Assembly: GCA_030390025.1 (NCBI GenBank)
Contig: CM059431.1
Location: 144,896,001 to 144,960,000, forward strand
Source: Squalus acanthias
Lineage: Eukaryota
Direction of reading: 5' to 3'
DNA length: 64,000 nucleotides
This document shows positions 36,255-48,264 of this stretch, in pieces (the first letter of the stretch is position 1; every line of letters starts with the position of its first letter). The translations under genes were made by a program, and so were the position numbers. The notes under the pieces were generated by a model. It worked only from the letters and a program-made list of their open reading frames with translations, was not told the origin of the DNA and did no database searches.

Positions 36255-36962
36255 TTACCCAAATATTCTGATCCCTACGGTGGGTATGCGCTGTGTGCCC
36301 ACGCGTAGGGACATCGGAAATTCCGGTTTTAGGCATGTACAGCGCATGCTTAAACCCGGCTTTTCCGATCTGTCAAGAATAGTCTTGACAGATCCACCGG
36401 CTGCCCTGGAGAAGGGCCTCTGCGGGCGGATAGTGACGCGTTTTGGAGACCTTCCGCCCGCAGAAAACACTTACAATTCATAAGGCCTGCTTTTACCAGG
36501 ATAAGAGTTGAAAAAAGTAAAAACAAATTTCACTGATTTATCATTTAAAAATGCTTAAAAAAAATTAAGTTTATTTTTAGTCCCGTAAAAATTTTCAATT
36601 ATTTTTTTAAAAAATACTTAATTATTGTAAATTCAAGTGATTTTAAAAATGTGATTTTTTAAAAAACTTATTTAAAGTTGTATTATATTTTTGTGGTGAT
36701 CTCATTCAGATATTTGACATGTCTTCCTGTTAAATGTATGAAGGGAGATTTCCTTCTGTTATTGGCTCCCCATGGCCGACGTGATCCCAGGGACGCTGCG
36801 AAACGCACGCGCCTCTGGGATACGTGGGCCCTGCACACTTCAAGTTTGGAGAGGCCCAGGAGCGGAAGTGTGTGCGTCCCGGGAGCCCTCAGGTAAGGGC
36901 ATAGATTTTTCCAGATCGCAGGCCTCCGCCCGCGGGAGGCCTGCGTTCGGAAAACCCGGCCA
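36255..36962. mobile_element. Harbinger-like MITE of about 0.7 kb
   Basis: Collinear with 58633-59385 and 63628-64000; GC-rich ends and an AT-rich core. Confidence 0.8.
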
Positions 36963-36999
36963 GTAACTCTTTTATGACAAATATACGGCAGGTGAATTT

Positions 37000-37435
37000 A
37001 GTTGAATACAGCAACTGTTTAATTAGAAATACAGGACTTTGAAGAATTTACAGGATTAGAACAATTTTTTAGTTAAAAATAGAATAAAAGGCACTATCGG
37101 GGAATACACTAACTGATTGATGAGAAATAAAGGATTGGGAAATTTAGGGGAACACAGTAACCATTTAATTAGTATTGGGGAAAACAGGGAATTAGGAGAA
37201 TACATTATCTGTTTAATTAGGAATAGAGAAAGGGGGAATTTAGGAGTAAAAGGTTTAATTTGTAATTGAAGCTCATGGAACGTAGTATCCGGGTATAAAG
37301 AATTGGTGACTGGAGAACACGGTTGCTGTTTAATAACAAATAGAGTGTATGGAATGTCAGGGAAACACAGTAACTGTTTAATTAGAAATAGAAAATCTCA
37401 GGGGAACACAGCTATTTAATTGGGAACACGGGGCT
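37000..37435. repeat. Degenerate tandem repeat (gggaacacagtaactgtttaattagaaatag, about 40-50-bp period)
   Basis: The motif recurs at about 37005, 37100, 37148, 37195, 37312, 37360 and 37400. Confidence 0.65.
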
Positions 37436-39329
37436 AGGTATCTCAGCCATACGGGACTGAATTTGACACGGTAATGTAATGGTTAAATTGTTCATGCCTT
37501 TGATTTCTATTTTATGTTTTGATATTAGAAGATGTGGTTGATTACACATCGGCTTCTCACTACTGGAGCTGGGTGAAGATGCATCGCTGACTGAGAGAAT
37601 TAAAACCTCTGCCTGCTGCCTTACTCCTGCCTTAAATACAGTTGGCTGTCTGAATCCAGTTAAATCAGAATGTGCCTATTACACAGAACAGCCCGCAACT
37701 CACCACCACTTCCCCCAGAAGCTGGACGCCAGCTGGATTGGCAGAGCCTGGGAATCACGGGGAAATTAATACAATTTACTTAACCTTTATCAGTAAAGTT
37801 TTACATAGTGAACGAGCTGTTTTTTTTATTGGGCTAACAAGTATTATAACTTTAGTTCATTATCTTATCAATAGTTTCGCTCTTGATCCATATAATTGCA
37901 ATTATACCAAGTGAAACCTTTATAGATAAGTCATGCTTTGTTTTTGTATCATTGATGTCAATTAAAAATGATGATGTATGTCCACATGCTTTCCTTCGCA
38001 GATCATAACCTTTCCACACGTTATCAAATGATTAATGTTCTCTGAAATATATGAATCAGTTTGGGATGACATCTCTTAAATTAAATTTCGTATTACTTCA
38101 TCCTGAAACTGCCCATTGCTGCAGGGTCAGGCCTGGTCCATCAGCTCAGCGGTGCTTTAAATTGTCTTGTACTTCCCTGCTTAACAGGCAAAGGCTGAAG
38201 GTTAACATGACTAAAGTATAAAGAGAAACCAATAGCATATAACATTAGCAGACTTCAGGACAGTCTGATTAACCCATTCCTTAAAGTGCCACTCTGTTGG
38301 TGTTAGCGTATTAACGGCCATCACTAAACAATATCTCATCAGCATCATATATATTATCACGACCTATACTATAGCGCAGATTTCTGCCTATTATTTTTAA
38401 ACATGTTCTCACTCTCTGGAGATACATTAACAAATTCATGTTGTGGTGATGTCACCGTGACTGGCCATGTCATGGATCCGTTCTTCAGGAATCTGCATCA
38501 TGTATATCGCATGCTGGTTGGTTCACGTTCAACGCGTCACTTCTATACACACAGTGACATCACAAGATCAGGCAGCACCAGTCATCCGATATTGACCCAT
38601 TTCTGTCCTTTCTGGCTGTCGATCAAAAGATCGGGGCGTGGACGTGTTTGAATTGAATTTCACCCTGCCTGGTCCTGATGTTTCGGATAGTGGCCAAGCT
38701 ATCAAATATATTCTTCTCATTGTTCAGTATAAACAAGGACACAAACATCGTCAACAGAAAGCTATAAATGAGTTATTTTCACTACACGTTCCTGACTTTT
38801 ACTAGATAGTGTATTGTGTAAGAATCTCTTTGTGAGATCTTCGATTCCAAATGATTCGACATTGACCCGTATTGGTGGCAGAAATTAAAACTTTAATCAT
38901 CACAAGCGAGAATCATTACAATTACTGTATCTTAAGCAGCAGTTTACAATTAATAATTAAGGGTTATACTACCCCGTTTCTGCTTCCGGTAATAACCGCG
39001 TTAACGATTGTCTGCACCCCTATGGCCCTGCCTCAGGCCCGTATTCGCCTGGAAATGTCTCTGAGAATTCTCTGGATCCTCCTCTGTCTTCCACAACTTA
39101 CAGCTGTCAGGAATTCCTTCTTATACACTATAGAGGAGTTTGATTACAATCTCCCCCTGCATGGTCCCGACGTTGCAAGATTTCACTAAGCTATCAAGTA
39201 CATTCTTCTCATTGTTCAGTACCAGAAAGGACACATACATCTCCAAGATAAATCTATAAATTAACTGTCTTAGCTACACTTTCCTGATTTTCACTAGACG
39301 GCGCAATGATAACAGATTGATATATTTTG

Positions 39330-39680
39330 TCATGTCTTGTCCAAGTGATATGAGTTAAGAAGGGACGGAACAGGATAGATAGAAGCAGGCTGCTTCCACT
39401 AGTTCAGGGATCAAGAACTAACGTTCAGAGATAAAATAATAAATGTAAGAGAATTAGAACTGAGGGTGTTTGAAACATCTTTACATGGAGAGTTATGAGG
39501 CTGAGGAATTAACGGAGGCAGAAATTATGTCAATATTCAAGTTTAAATTGAATAGATTGATCCATAATAATACCTTGAAGGGATGTTCAGACAGGCTGGG
39601 AAAAGTGAATGGAAGTATTTGTTCGGCGTAAACGCCACAAAGACTGATTGTGTCGAATGGATTGACACCTGTTATAGTAT
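39330..39680 (+). mobile_element. Old CR1 3' fragment
   Basis: Degenerate aagggacggaacaggatagat...tcaagaacta...aatattcaag...gatag layout of a CR1 3' end. Confidence 0.6.
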
Positions 39681-40177
39681 TCCAACATTGTGATGACCAG
39701 TTGAAATTTTAAGTAAATATCTGTGAACAAAGAGTCTAATGTCACATTGACAAGTCAAGTTCCTACTGTCTCCATCATTAGTCAATGGTCAGGAGAGAGG
39801 GCCCCGTTCTATTGGTCCAGGAGACAATGGGGGGCGGAGTCTGATGGGGAGACCGGCGCCTGCAACATTCACACCAAGATTACAGAAGAATTACTGTTTA
39901 AATTATACGTTTCTTTCAGCGTCAACATTTCCTTCAGTGGACATTTACTAACTACATTTCCGTGGTGACATTCCGCGCACCCCAGAAGAGCCATCATGTA
40001 TTCTCTGCTCTTTATTACAGGTGAGCGTGATTTTCACCGTGGGCCAAAGCTATTCCTGCTCGTCGCTGTGCTGCTCAGTAATTGCAGAGCCTGGGGACCT
40101 AATCTGCAAGTTAGGATTGACTCAAATAAAACTGACCGGAGAGACTGGAGAGAGAAAGGCAGGCTCAGTGCCTCAGG

Positions 40178-40580
40178 TAGAAGTATGAGAGGTAACCTCA
40201 TTGGAACCTGCAAGATTCTGAAGGGGATTGACAGGGTAAAAGCTGAGAGGATGCTTCCCCTGGCTGGAGTGTCTAGAACTAAGGGGCTTAGTCTCAGGAT
40301 AAGGGGTTGGCCATTTAAGACAGAGATGAGGAGGAATTTCTTCACTCAGAGGGTTGTGAATCTGTGGAATTCTCTGCTCCAGAGGACTGTGAATGCTGAG
40401 TCTTTGATTATATTCAGAGCTGAGACAGATAGTTTTTGGACTCTAGGGGAATCAAGGGATATGGAGATCGGGCGGGAAAGTGGAGTTGATGTCGATGATC
40501 AGCCATCATCTTAATGAATGGCGCAGCAGGCTCGAGGGGCCGTATGGCCTACCCCTGCTCTTATTTATGATGTTCTTATG
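40178..40580 (+). mobile_element. CR1 3' fragment
   Basis: MRGNLIGTCKILKGIDRV...RRNFFTQRVVNLWNSL plus tail. Confidence 0.92.
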
Positions 40581-42227
40581 TGCCCCGACCTTCCGGACAG
40601 ACCTGTAAACGGAATTGTCGTTACCAATACAAATGATACTTTGTATTGTGAATTTGCATTCCAGATTATTCTTAATCTGTTAAATGTTTCTTCTGTATCT
40701 TTGCCTTCTGGTATATGTAATAAACGTATGTGGAGTGTACACGACTACACTGAGCGCAATTCGGAAAGAGGTTTAGGTGGAATGATATTGAGACTATGTG
40801 GGAACATGATGAAATAATGTGCAAGCAATTAAAAGGGTTGCTTCAAGGAATAAATAGGCAAACAGGGGATGTTATATCGTAACAAGGAGAGTTTCTGGTT
40901 TCCATAAAGAAATGGCAGAAGGGATGGTGATAAAATTAATACGATAATCAATCAGAACAACAAACACTAAAAGGAACAATTGATGTCAAAGGCAAATGTT
41001 TACAATATGTGTGAAGGGTTTGTGCTGAATCAGGTTCAGAAGTGGTTAACTGATAGAAAAAAACAATCGGATCACAATTTTTATATTAGACGAACAAGTG
41101 AAGTTCCGGACGTCAGATGGGAATATAAATTGGTGTAAAATGCGAAGATTTGAATCGAAGCATTAGTTGGCATAGGAGATACATATAAAATATACAACAC
41201 ACTGGAGTTCTTTTAGGACAGGCTTGCGATCTCCTGAAGAAGCCCTTGCTACGGGAGTTATAATGTTATTATCAGTACCTCTATCTCATATACCTTGCAT
41301 TTAAGGATTAGTGTTTTATTATAACATTGACATGATTTAATGAAATGCATTAATAAGATGTTTCAATGTTTCCTAGTCCTCGAACTTGTATCAATGGTAA
41401 AGGATGTATGACGATATCTTATTATACCTCCACATAAAGGCAATGTGGTGATATGACAATATTCTACAGAAACCAAACAAGGATCACTTGTAAATCAGGC
41501 CAAACTGTAAATAGAATTATAAAACAGGCAAGTACCCTGAAGCAGACAATGGAAACAATGGAGGAGTCGGGAGGAGGGGCACTCTCACCTCGAGAAGGGT
41601 TCAGATCACCAGGTTAGACCGCCGTAGGTGGATTGTAGTCTTATTCAGAGAGGTTTCTGGTCATCTCGGCTCTATTACAAAACTACAACATTAACTGACG
41701 CATTGATCTGTGCGGTACACATTATCTAACTAATCTAGCAACGAGAGTAACAGGATACACCACCGCGCTCCTCAAATGCTCTCTGAATTTCGTCTGGGTC
41801 ACTCCATAAATGAAGGTGTTTGTGCAGCAGCTGAAAAGCTGAATTACTGTCCCAACATTTTTTGCCTGAATAAAACGAATAGACGTTTCCAGGTCTGTGT
41901 AAAGACATCGGCTGAGAATGAAGACCGGAGTAGTTGTCATCCAACACAGAATAAAACTGCCCGACAGGGTGAAGAGCAGAATGATGGATTGCCTACGATT
42001 CTCCATCTCTGGATCTCTCTGAATCTCGCTATTACTCCGGGCCCTGAGCCCCCTGCGGACTCTACTGGCCGCAATAATCTGTCTGACGGTCAGAGCATTA
42101 AGGAGCAAAATGAGAAAGAAAGGAAGCAGCGGCTTCAACAGACGGTCCAACCAGTAAAACCCCTCAAACGCTTCCGACATGGGAAGGGATTGTTTCCCCG
42201 TACACCTCAGACTCCCGCGAACATAAT

Positions 42228-42968
42228 GGCCCAGAAATTAAAGACTGAGTGTTGACGCGGGGGTAAGGCTTCCCCGCGAGCTCTCACTCCGCGTTGGCTT
42301 TTTCAGATCCAGCTCGCAGGAACTTGATGTTCTAGACATCAGCTGGGCAGTGCTTGCGTATCCCACCGGCGTAGTGAATGCGTGCGAGCTGTGGGATCAC
42401 GTGACTCAGTTAGAGCCAATGGCAGCACACCATCTTCCATTCATAAGTTTCACATAAGTGCTGTGAAAGCTATGAATCTTACACACCCCCAAAATAACAG
42501 CTAAACCTCAATTAAATTAAAAAAAACCATCACATTAATAAAATAAGTATAGTTAAATAAATTAACCATTTTAAATAAAAAAATAAATTTTTGAAAAAAT
42601 TTAAAATCTTTTAAAAAGTTATAAAAATAAACTTACCTGTCTTTAACGTCTCTAAAAAAGATATACCTGTTAAAAAAAATTCAAAATAATACTGAATTCA
42701 CTACTTACCTTGTTAAAAGTGGGTCTTACTCCTCCTTTTTTCATTTCTAAAATCGACCGTCCTTACCTGCGCGTCCAAAGCACTAAGTGCACAGCGTGCG
42801 CGCAGCCTGTAGCGCGCACGCGGTGCACCGAGGAACTGCCCCCTTTTCCAAAAACCAAGTGCCGGTTTTCAGCGCATGCGCAGTGCATGCAGAAAACCGG
42901 CAATTGGAGACAGAATACGCGAGAGTACGCAGTGCTTACTCTCGCGTCGCGGGACTAATTTTTGGGCC
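42228..42968. mobile_element. 741-bp Harbinger-group MITE with a 3-bp TSD, inside GPCR exon 2
   Basis: TIRs ggcccagaaatta / taatttttgggcc; AAT on both flanks; removing it restores the reading frame. Confidence 0.9.
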
Positions 42969-43529
42969 AATAAGTTGATTCCATATACAGGAAATAAAAG
43001 GGGATGTTCTTTAAACGGAACCCCAGATATATTGTGAAAATAACTACCGCCGCAATTTTCGGGGTGCAATATTTCAACTTAAATTCCGGGCAGCAAATGG
43101 CTACAAAGCGATCGAAAGTGAAAGCGACGGTGAGCCAAACAGAACAATCCAAAGCAACCTGACACAGGACATAATGGACAAGACAGAATGGAGCCGGTTT
43201 CAGGAATTAGATTTTCCAATAAATTCTAGTAATCTGGTACATCAGGACTTCAATAATCACCACCATTAAATCCGCTACTGCCATCGCCACCAGGTAGCGA
43301 GTGACACATTTGGAGAGACCGCAATTTCCTCGGTACAGGATGGAAATCGCCACCAGGTTAACTTGAATAAAGAGAGAAAGAAATGTTATAATTATGTTAA
43401 ACCACAAAATTACAATCAACCGGAATGTGTGAGCAACTAAAAGCTTCCTTTCTTTCATCCCATGAGGACAATTGCTCATTAATGTTTGCGCGATTTTTTT
43501 AACTAACATGTTAGAAAATAAGGAAATAC

Positions 43530-43925
43530 TTGCATTTATAAAGAACCTTCGATGATCTCAGGACGTCCCAAAGCGCTTTGTAGCCACGTTTTACATTTTT
43601 GCTATTTTAATGTTAAAATCACAGCAGCCAAGATCTTTCAAACCGCAATCTGATAATGACCAGATTATCTCTTTCAGTGATGTTGGTTGAGGGATAAATA
43701 TTGGCCAGGAAACCGGGGAGAACTCCCCTGCTCTACTTCGAAACATTGCCATTGGATCTTTTACATCCACCTGAGAGAGCAGTTGCGGCCTCGGTTTAGC
43801 ATTTCATCTGTAAAACGGCTCATCCGACAGTGCAGCTCTCCCTCACTACAGCACTCGAGTGTCAGTCTGAATGAAACCTTCTGACTCAAAGGCGAGAGTG
43901 CTATCAACTGAGCCGCGGCTGACAC
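43530..43925 (-). mobile_element. Deu-type tRNA SINE, essentially complete, in the intron of paralog 2
   Basis: Head tggctcagttgatagcactctcgcc-like on the minus strand; body matches 3585-3905. Confidence 0.85.
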
Positions 43926-44114
43926 TTTGGAAAATATAGAAAAGTATGTTAATAGTGAAAAGGCTTGCAGATGATCGAAGGTGTTGTGGGGATCTGTAGA
44001 GGATAGAAGATAAATGAAACTAAGTGCGTGTAAAGGTTAACGGAGCAGATGGGAATAAATACGGACACATCGGATTGAACTGGATCAGAAAATATAAAAA
44101 TGAGGAAGTAACAA

Positions 44115-44600
44115 TAAACAACAACAACAACTTGTATTTATATAACGTCTTTAACGTAGTAAAATGTCCCAAGGCGCTGCTCAGGAGTATTTTAAGACAA
44201 ACAATTTGACAGCGAGCCACTAAAGGATAAATTTGGACAGGTGAACAAAAGCTTGGTCAAAGAGGTAGGTTTTAAGGAGCGTCTTAAAGGAGGAAAGAGT
44301 GGTACCGAGGTGGAGAGGTTTAGGCAGGGAATTTCAGAGCTTAGGGTCTGGGCAACAGAAGGCATGGTCACCAGAGCTTTAGCGATTATAATCAGGGATG
44401 CTCAAGAGAGCAGAATTAGAGGAGCGCAGATTACTCAGGGGGTTATGGGGCTGAAGGAGATTACAGAGATAGTGAGGGGCGAGGCCGTGGAGCGATTTGA
44501 AAGCTAGGAAGAGAATTTTGAAATCGAGGCGCTGCTTAACCGGGAGTGAATATATGTCAGCGAGCACCGGGGTGATGGGCGAACGGGACTTGATGCTAGA
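44115..44600 (-). mobile_element. L2 LINE 3' end
   Basis: ITPVLADIYSLPVKQRLDFKILFLAFKSLHGLAPHYLCNLL; (GTT)n tail. Confidence 0.9.
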
Positions 44601-45889
44601 AGAAAGATTTCGGGAGAAATTAACTGCCCCACCACAGTAAACATCTTCACCGCCTACCCAATGTCGGTCTGAATTGTAGAAAGTGGAAGCAGGATAGGGG
44701 AACGGGATTCTACAGCTGCAGCCACAGCAGATCATATGTTAAAATGTGACATGATTCTGAACTAAATCATTTGTTATACTTTATATTCTGAATACACATT
44801 TTGACCATCAGGATCATTTGGAAGGAAGCAGTTCCCATTGTGGCGCACAGTCTTATGACGTACGGACTGTTAGTGCTGACTCAGATATTGACAGTGCATT
44901 TTGGATATATACAGCGCGAGTGAGAATGCTTCAAACATTTAATTAACCTGAATGGTCAACAATACCGTGCCTTTAAATAGGAACTAATCTTACAATAGCA
45001 TATGTGGATAATAATAACACTCTGAATTTTCAGGGTAATCCACGAGCACACATTGGTGATCTAACACCAGTCCCGGATATAATCTGGAGACTGCTTGGGG
45101 CTCAGTAGTGATGATAAATCCGGTCACCAGTAAACTTGTTACTTGTCAGACAATAAAAGTAATTGGTTGTTTGCGGAGCGAATCAATTCGCGAGAAGGCG
45201 CTGCTCAAATTCAAGTCCCAGCTTACCAGGGATAGAGAAGACTGTAACTGGTGGGCAGTGAACACTCAAAGGAAAGTGAAGAGACAACTTTATAACAAAC
45301 ACGGAGAAACACCTCATCATCCGGCAGGCACCAATAGCGATAATACAGTCTAACATCGCTCCATACAAAGCAATAACTGGTTATAAAGACTTACCTGGGA
45401 CACCGATGGCTGTAAAAATTAGGTACAGAATTTCCGGGTAATCAATCATTGTATTTTAGAGTGAGATGTTTTCTTACGGGCCGATGTTACAGGATTCAGC
45501 CCAATTGAGACTCTGCTGGGAGTTATTCCAAATGTTTAATATTCATACAATGACTTTTGTTAGTCTTTAAATTTGAACAAACAGAAGACACCACCGGACA
45601 AATTTAGCACAAAACAATTGTATAAATTATACAGGTGATGTAGCGCACTGTTACTCTATTTATTATAGAAGAAGGTGTGGATCCTGTACTGCTTTAAGGT
45701 TCCATCCCAAGTGCATCTGAGATCCGTAAATTTCACCCATTTATAGACCACTCGGTGCCCCGGTGAGAAAATCCGCTTACACAATAACTGGCGTTAGTTA
45801 CAGTCACTTAACAAACAGGGCAAGATTTTCCGCTTCAGTGTCCTGAAACACCAATGGTGTAACAATGCACCTCGGTCCATAGATTATAC

Positions 45890-48262
45890 ACTAACAGTAC
45901 ACAACTCTATCATTACTGGTGTTGACTCTACCCTAACAAAACTGGTGGTGACCCTACACTAACATTACTGGTGGTGACAATAATCTAACATTACTGATGG
46001 TGACCCTACTCTAACATTACTGGTGGTGACACTACTTTAAGATTACTGGATGTGACCCTATTCTAACATTACTGATGGTGACTCTACACTAACGTTACTG
46101 GTGGTGACTCTACACAAGCATTACTGGTGGTGACCCAACTACATCGTTATTGGTGCTGACCTTACTCTAACATTACTGGTGGTGAACCTCTTCTAACTAA
46201 ACTGATGATGACATTAATGCAACATTACTTTTGTTGACTCTACTTTAACAATACTGTTGGTGAATATATTCTAACATTACTGGCGGTGACCCTACTATAA
46301 CATTACTGGTGGTGTTCCTACTCTAACATGACTGGTGGTGTCTCTACTTTAACATGATTGGTGGTGACCCTAATCTAACATTACTGGTGGTGACCCTAAT
46401 CTAACATTACTTATGGTGACTCTACTCTAACATTACTGGTGGTGACCCTAATCTAACATTACTGATGGTGACTCTACTCTAACATTACTGCTGGAAACCA
46501 CACACTGACATTAATGCTGATGACTCGGATGTAACTTTAAATGTGGGCACGCTACTCTGACATTGCTGATTTTGACCAAACTGTAACATTACTGGGGCTA
46601 ACTCAACTCTATTATAACTGGTGGTTACGATACGCTAACATTACTGGTGGTGACTCTATTCAAACATTACTGGTGGTGTCCCTACTCTAACATTACTGTT
46701 GGTGACGCTGCTCTAACGTTAGTAGTGATGATTCTACTCTATCATTAAATGTGGTGGCGCTACTCTAACATTAGTGCTGGTGACTATACTCTAACATTAT
46801 TGGGTATGACTCTACCCTAGAATTACTGGTTTTGACCTTACTCTAACATTACTGGTGTTGACAATACTCTAGAATTGCTGGTGGTGGCCCTACTATTACA
46901 TTACTGGGGGTGTGCCTACTCTAACATTACTGCTGGTGACTATACTCTAACATTACTGGATATGACTCTACCCTCGCTTTACTGGATGTGACCTTACTCT
47001 AACATTACTGGTGGTGACAATACTCTAGAATTGCTGGTGGTGGTCCCACTAAGACATTACTAGGGTTGTGCCTACTCTAACATTACTGGTGTTTATTTTA
47101 TATTAACGTTAATGTTGGTGTCTCTGCACTAACATTACTGGTGGTGAATCAAATCTAACCTAACTGATGATGACTTTAATGGAACATTACTGGTGCTGAC
47201 ACTAATTTAACATTACTGGTGCTGATCTTGCTCTAATATTACTGGTGGTGACTCGACTCCAACATTACTGATGATGAACCTACTCAAGTTTTTAATGGTG
47301 ATGATTCTTCTCTAACATAACTGCTGGTGACTCTACTCTAACGTTACTGGTGGTGACTATACACTGATTTTAGTGGTGGTGATCCTACTCTAACATTATT
47401 GTTTGTGACTCGACTCTAATATAAATGGTCGTGACTCTACTCTAACATTACTGGTTGTTACCCTACTCTAAAATTGCTGGTTTTGACTCTACTTTCACAT
47501 TGCTGGTGGTGACACTACTCTGATGATAGAATAAGATAATCAAGAGTAAAGTTAAATAGAATTCACAAGCAGTAATATTAGAGTAGAGTCAAAACTAGTA
47601 ATGTTAGAACAGAATCATCACGAGAAAATTTAGGGCAGATTCACCACCAGTAATGTAAGTGTAGGGTCGCAACCAGTAATGTTAGAGTCTGGACAACACA
47701 AGTAATGTTAGAATAATGCCACCACAAGTAATGTTAGAGTAGAGATACCACCAGTAATGATAGAGTAGAGGCACAAAAAGTAATATTACTGTAGAGTCAG
47801 CACCAGTAACGTTAGAGTATGTTCACCACCTCCAATGTTAGTGTATGTTCACCACCTCTAATGTTACAGTCAGATCAAGACCAGTAAAGTTAGGTTAGTT
47901 TCAACACCAGTACAAATAGAGGAGGATCATCGCCAGTAATATTAGAGTAGGGTCACTACTAGTTATGTTAGAGTAGGGTCAGCATCAGTAATGTTAGAGA
48001 ATGTTCGCCACCTGTAATGTTACAGTCGGGTCAAAACCAGTAAAGTTAGGTTATGTTCACCACCAGTAATAATAGGGTAGGGACACCACTAGTAATGTTA
48101 TAGTAGGATCACTATCAGTAATGTTAGAATAGGGTCACAACCAGTAATGTTAGAGTAGACTCACAACCAGTAATGTTAGAGTAGGTTCACCAGAAAAATG
48201 TTTGAGTAAGTTCACTACCATTAATGTTGGAGTAGGGTCGACACCATTAATATTAGAGTAGA
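45890..48262. repeat. 26-bp minisatellite (ctaacattactggtggtgaccctact)n with an internal strand inversion at about 47530
   Basis: Forward units span about 45890-47522 and reverse-complement units about 47540-48262. Confidence 0.95.
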
Positions 48263-48264
48263 AC

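Larger units (their letters stand above)
41722..45449 (-). pseudogene. GPR139-like GPCR paralog 2, pseudogene (exon 1 45449-45395; exon 2 43361-41722)
   Basis: Exon 1 MIDYPEILYLIFTAIGVP with donor G|GTAAGT; acceptor ttattcaAG|; in-frame TAA at 43207-43209; a MITE at 42228-42968; motifs FTFDRF, DPEMENRRQSIILLF and SCCTNTFIY. Confidence 0.9.

Noticed and set aside
39996..40514. 172-aa ORF with a signal-peptide-like N-terminal part
   Set aside because: The C-terminal two thirds is CR1; I see no support for a real fusion gene.
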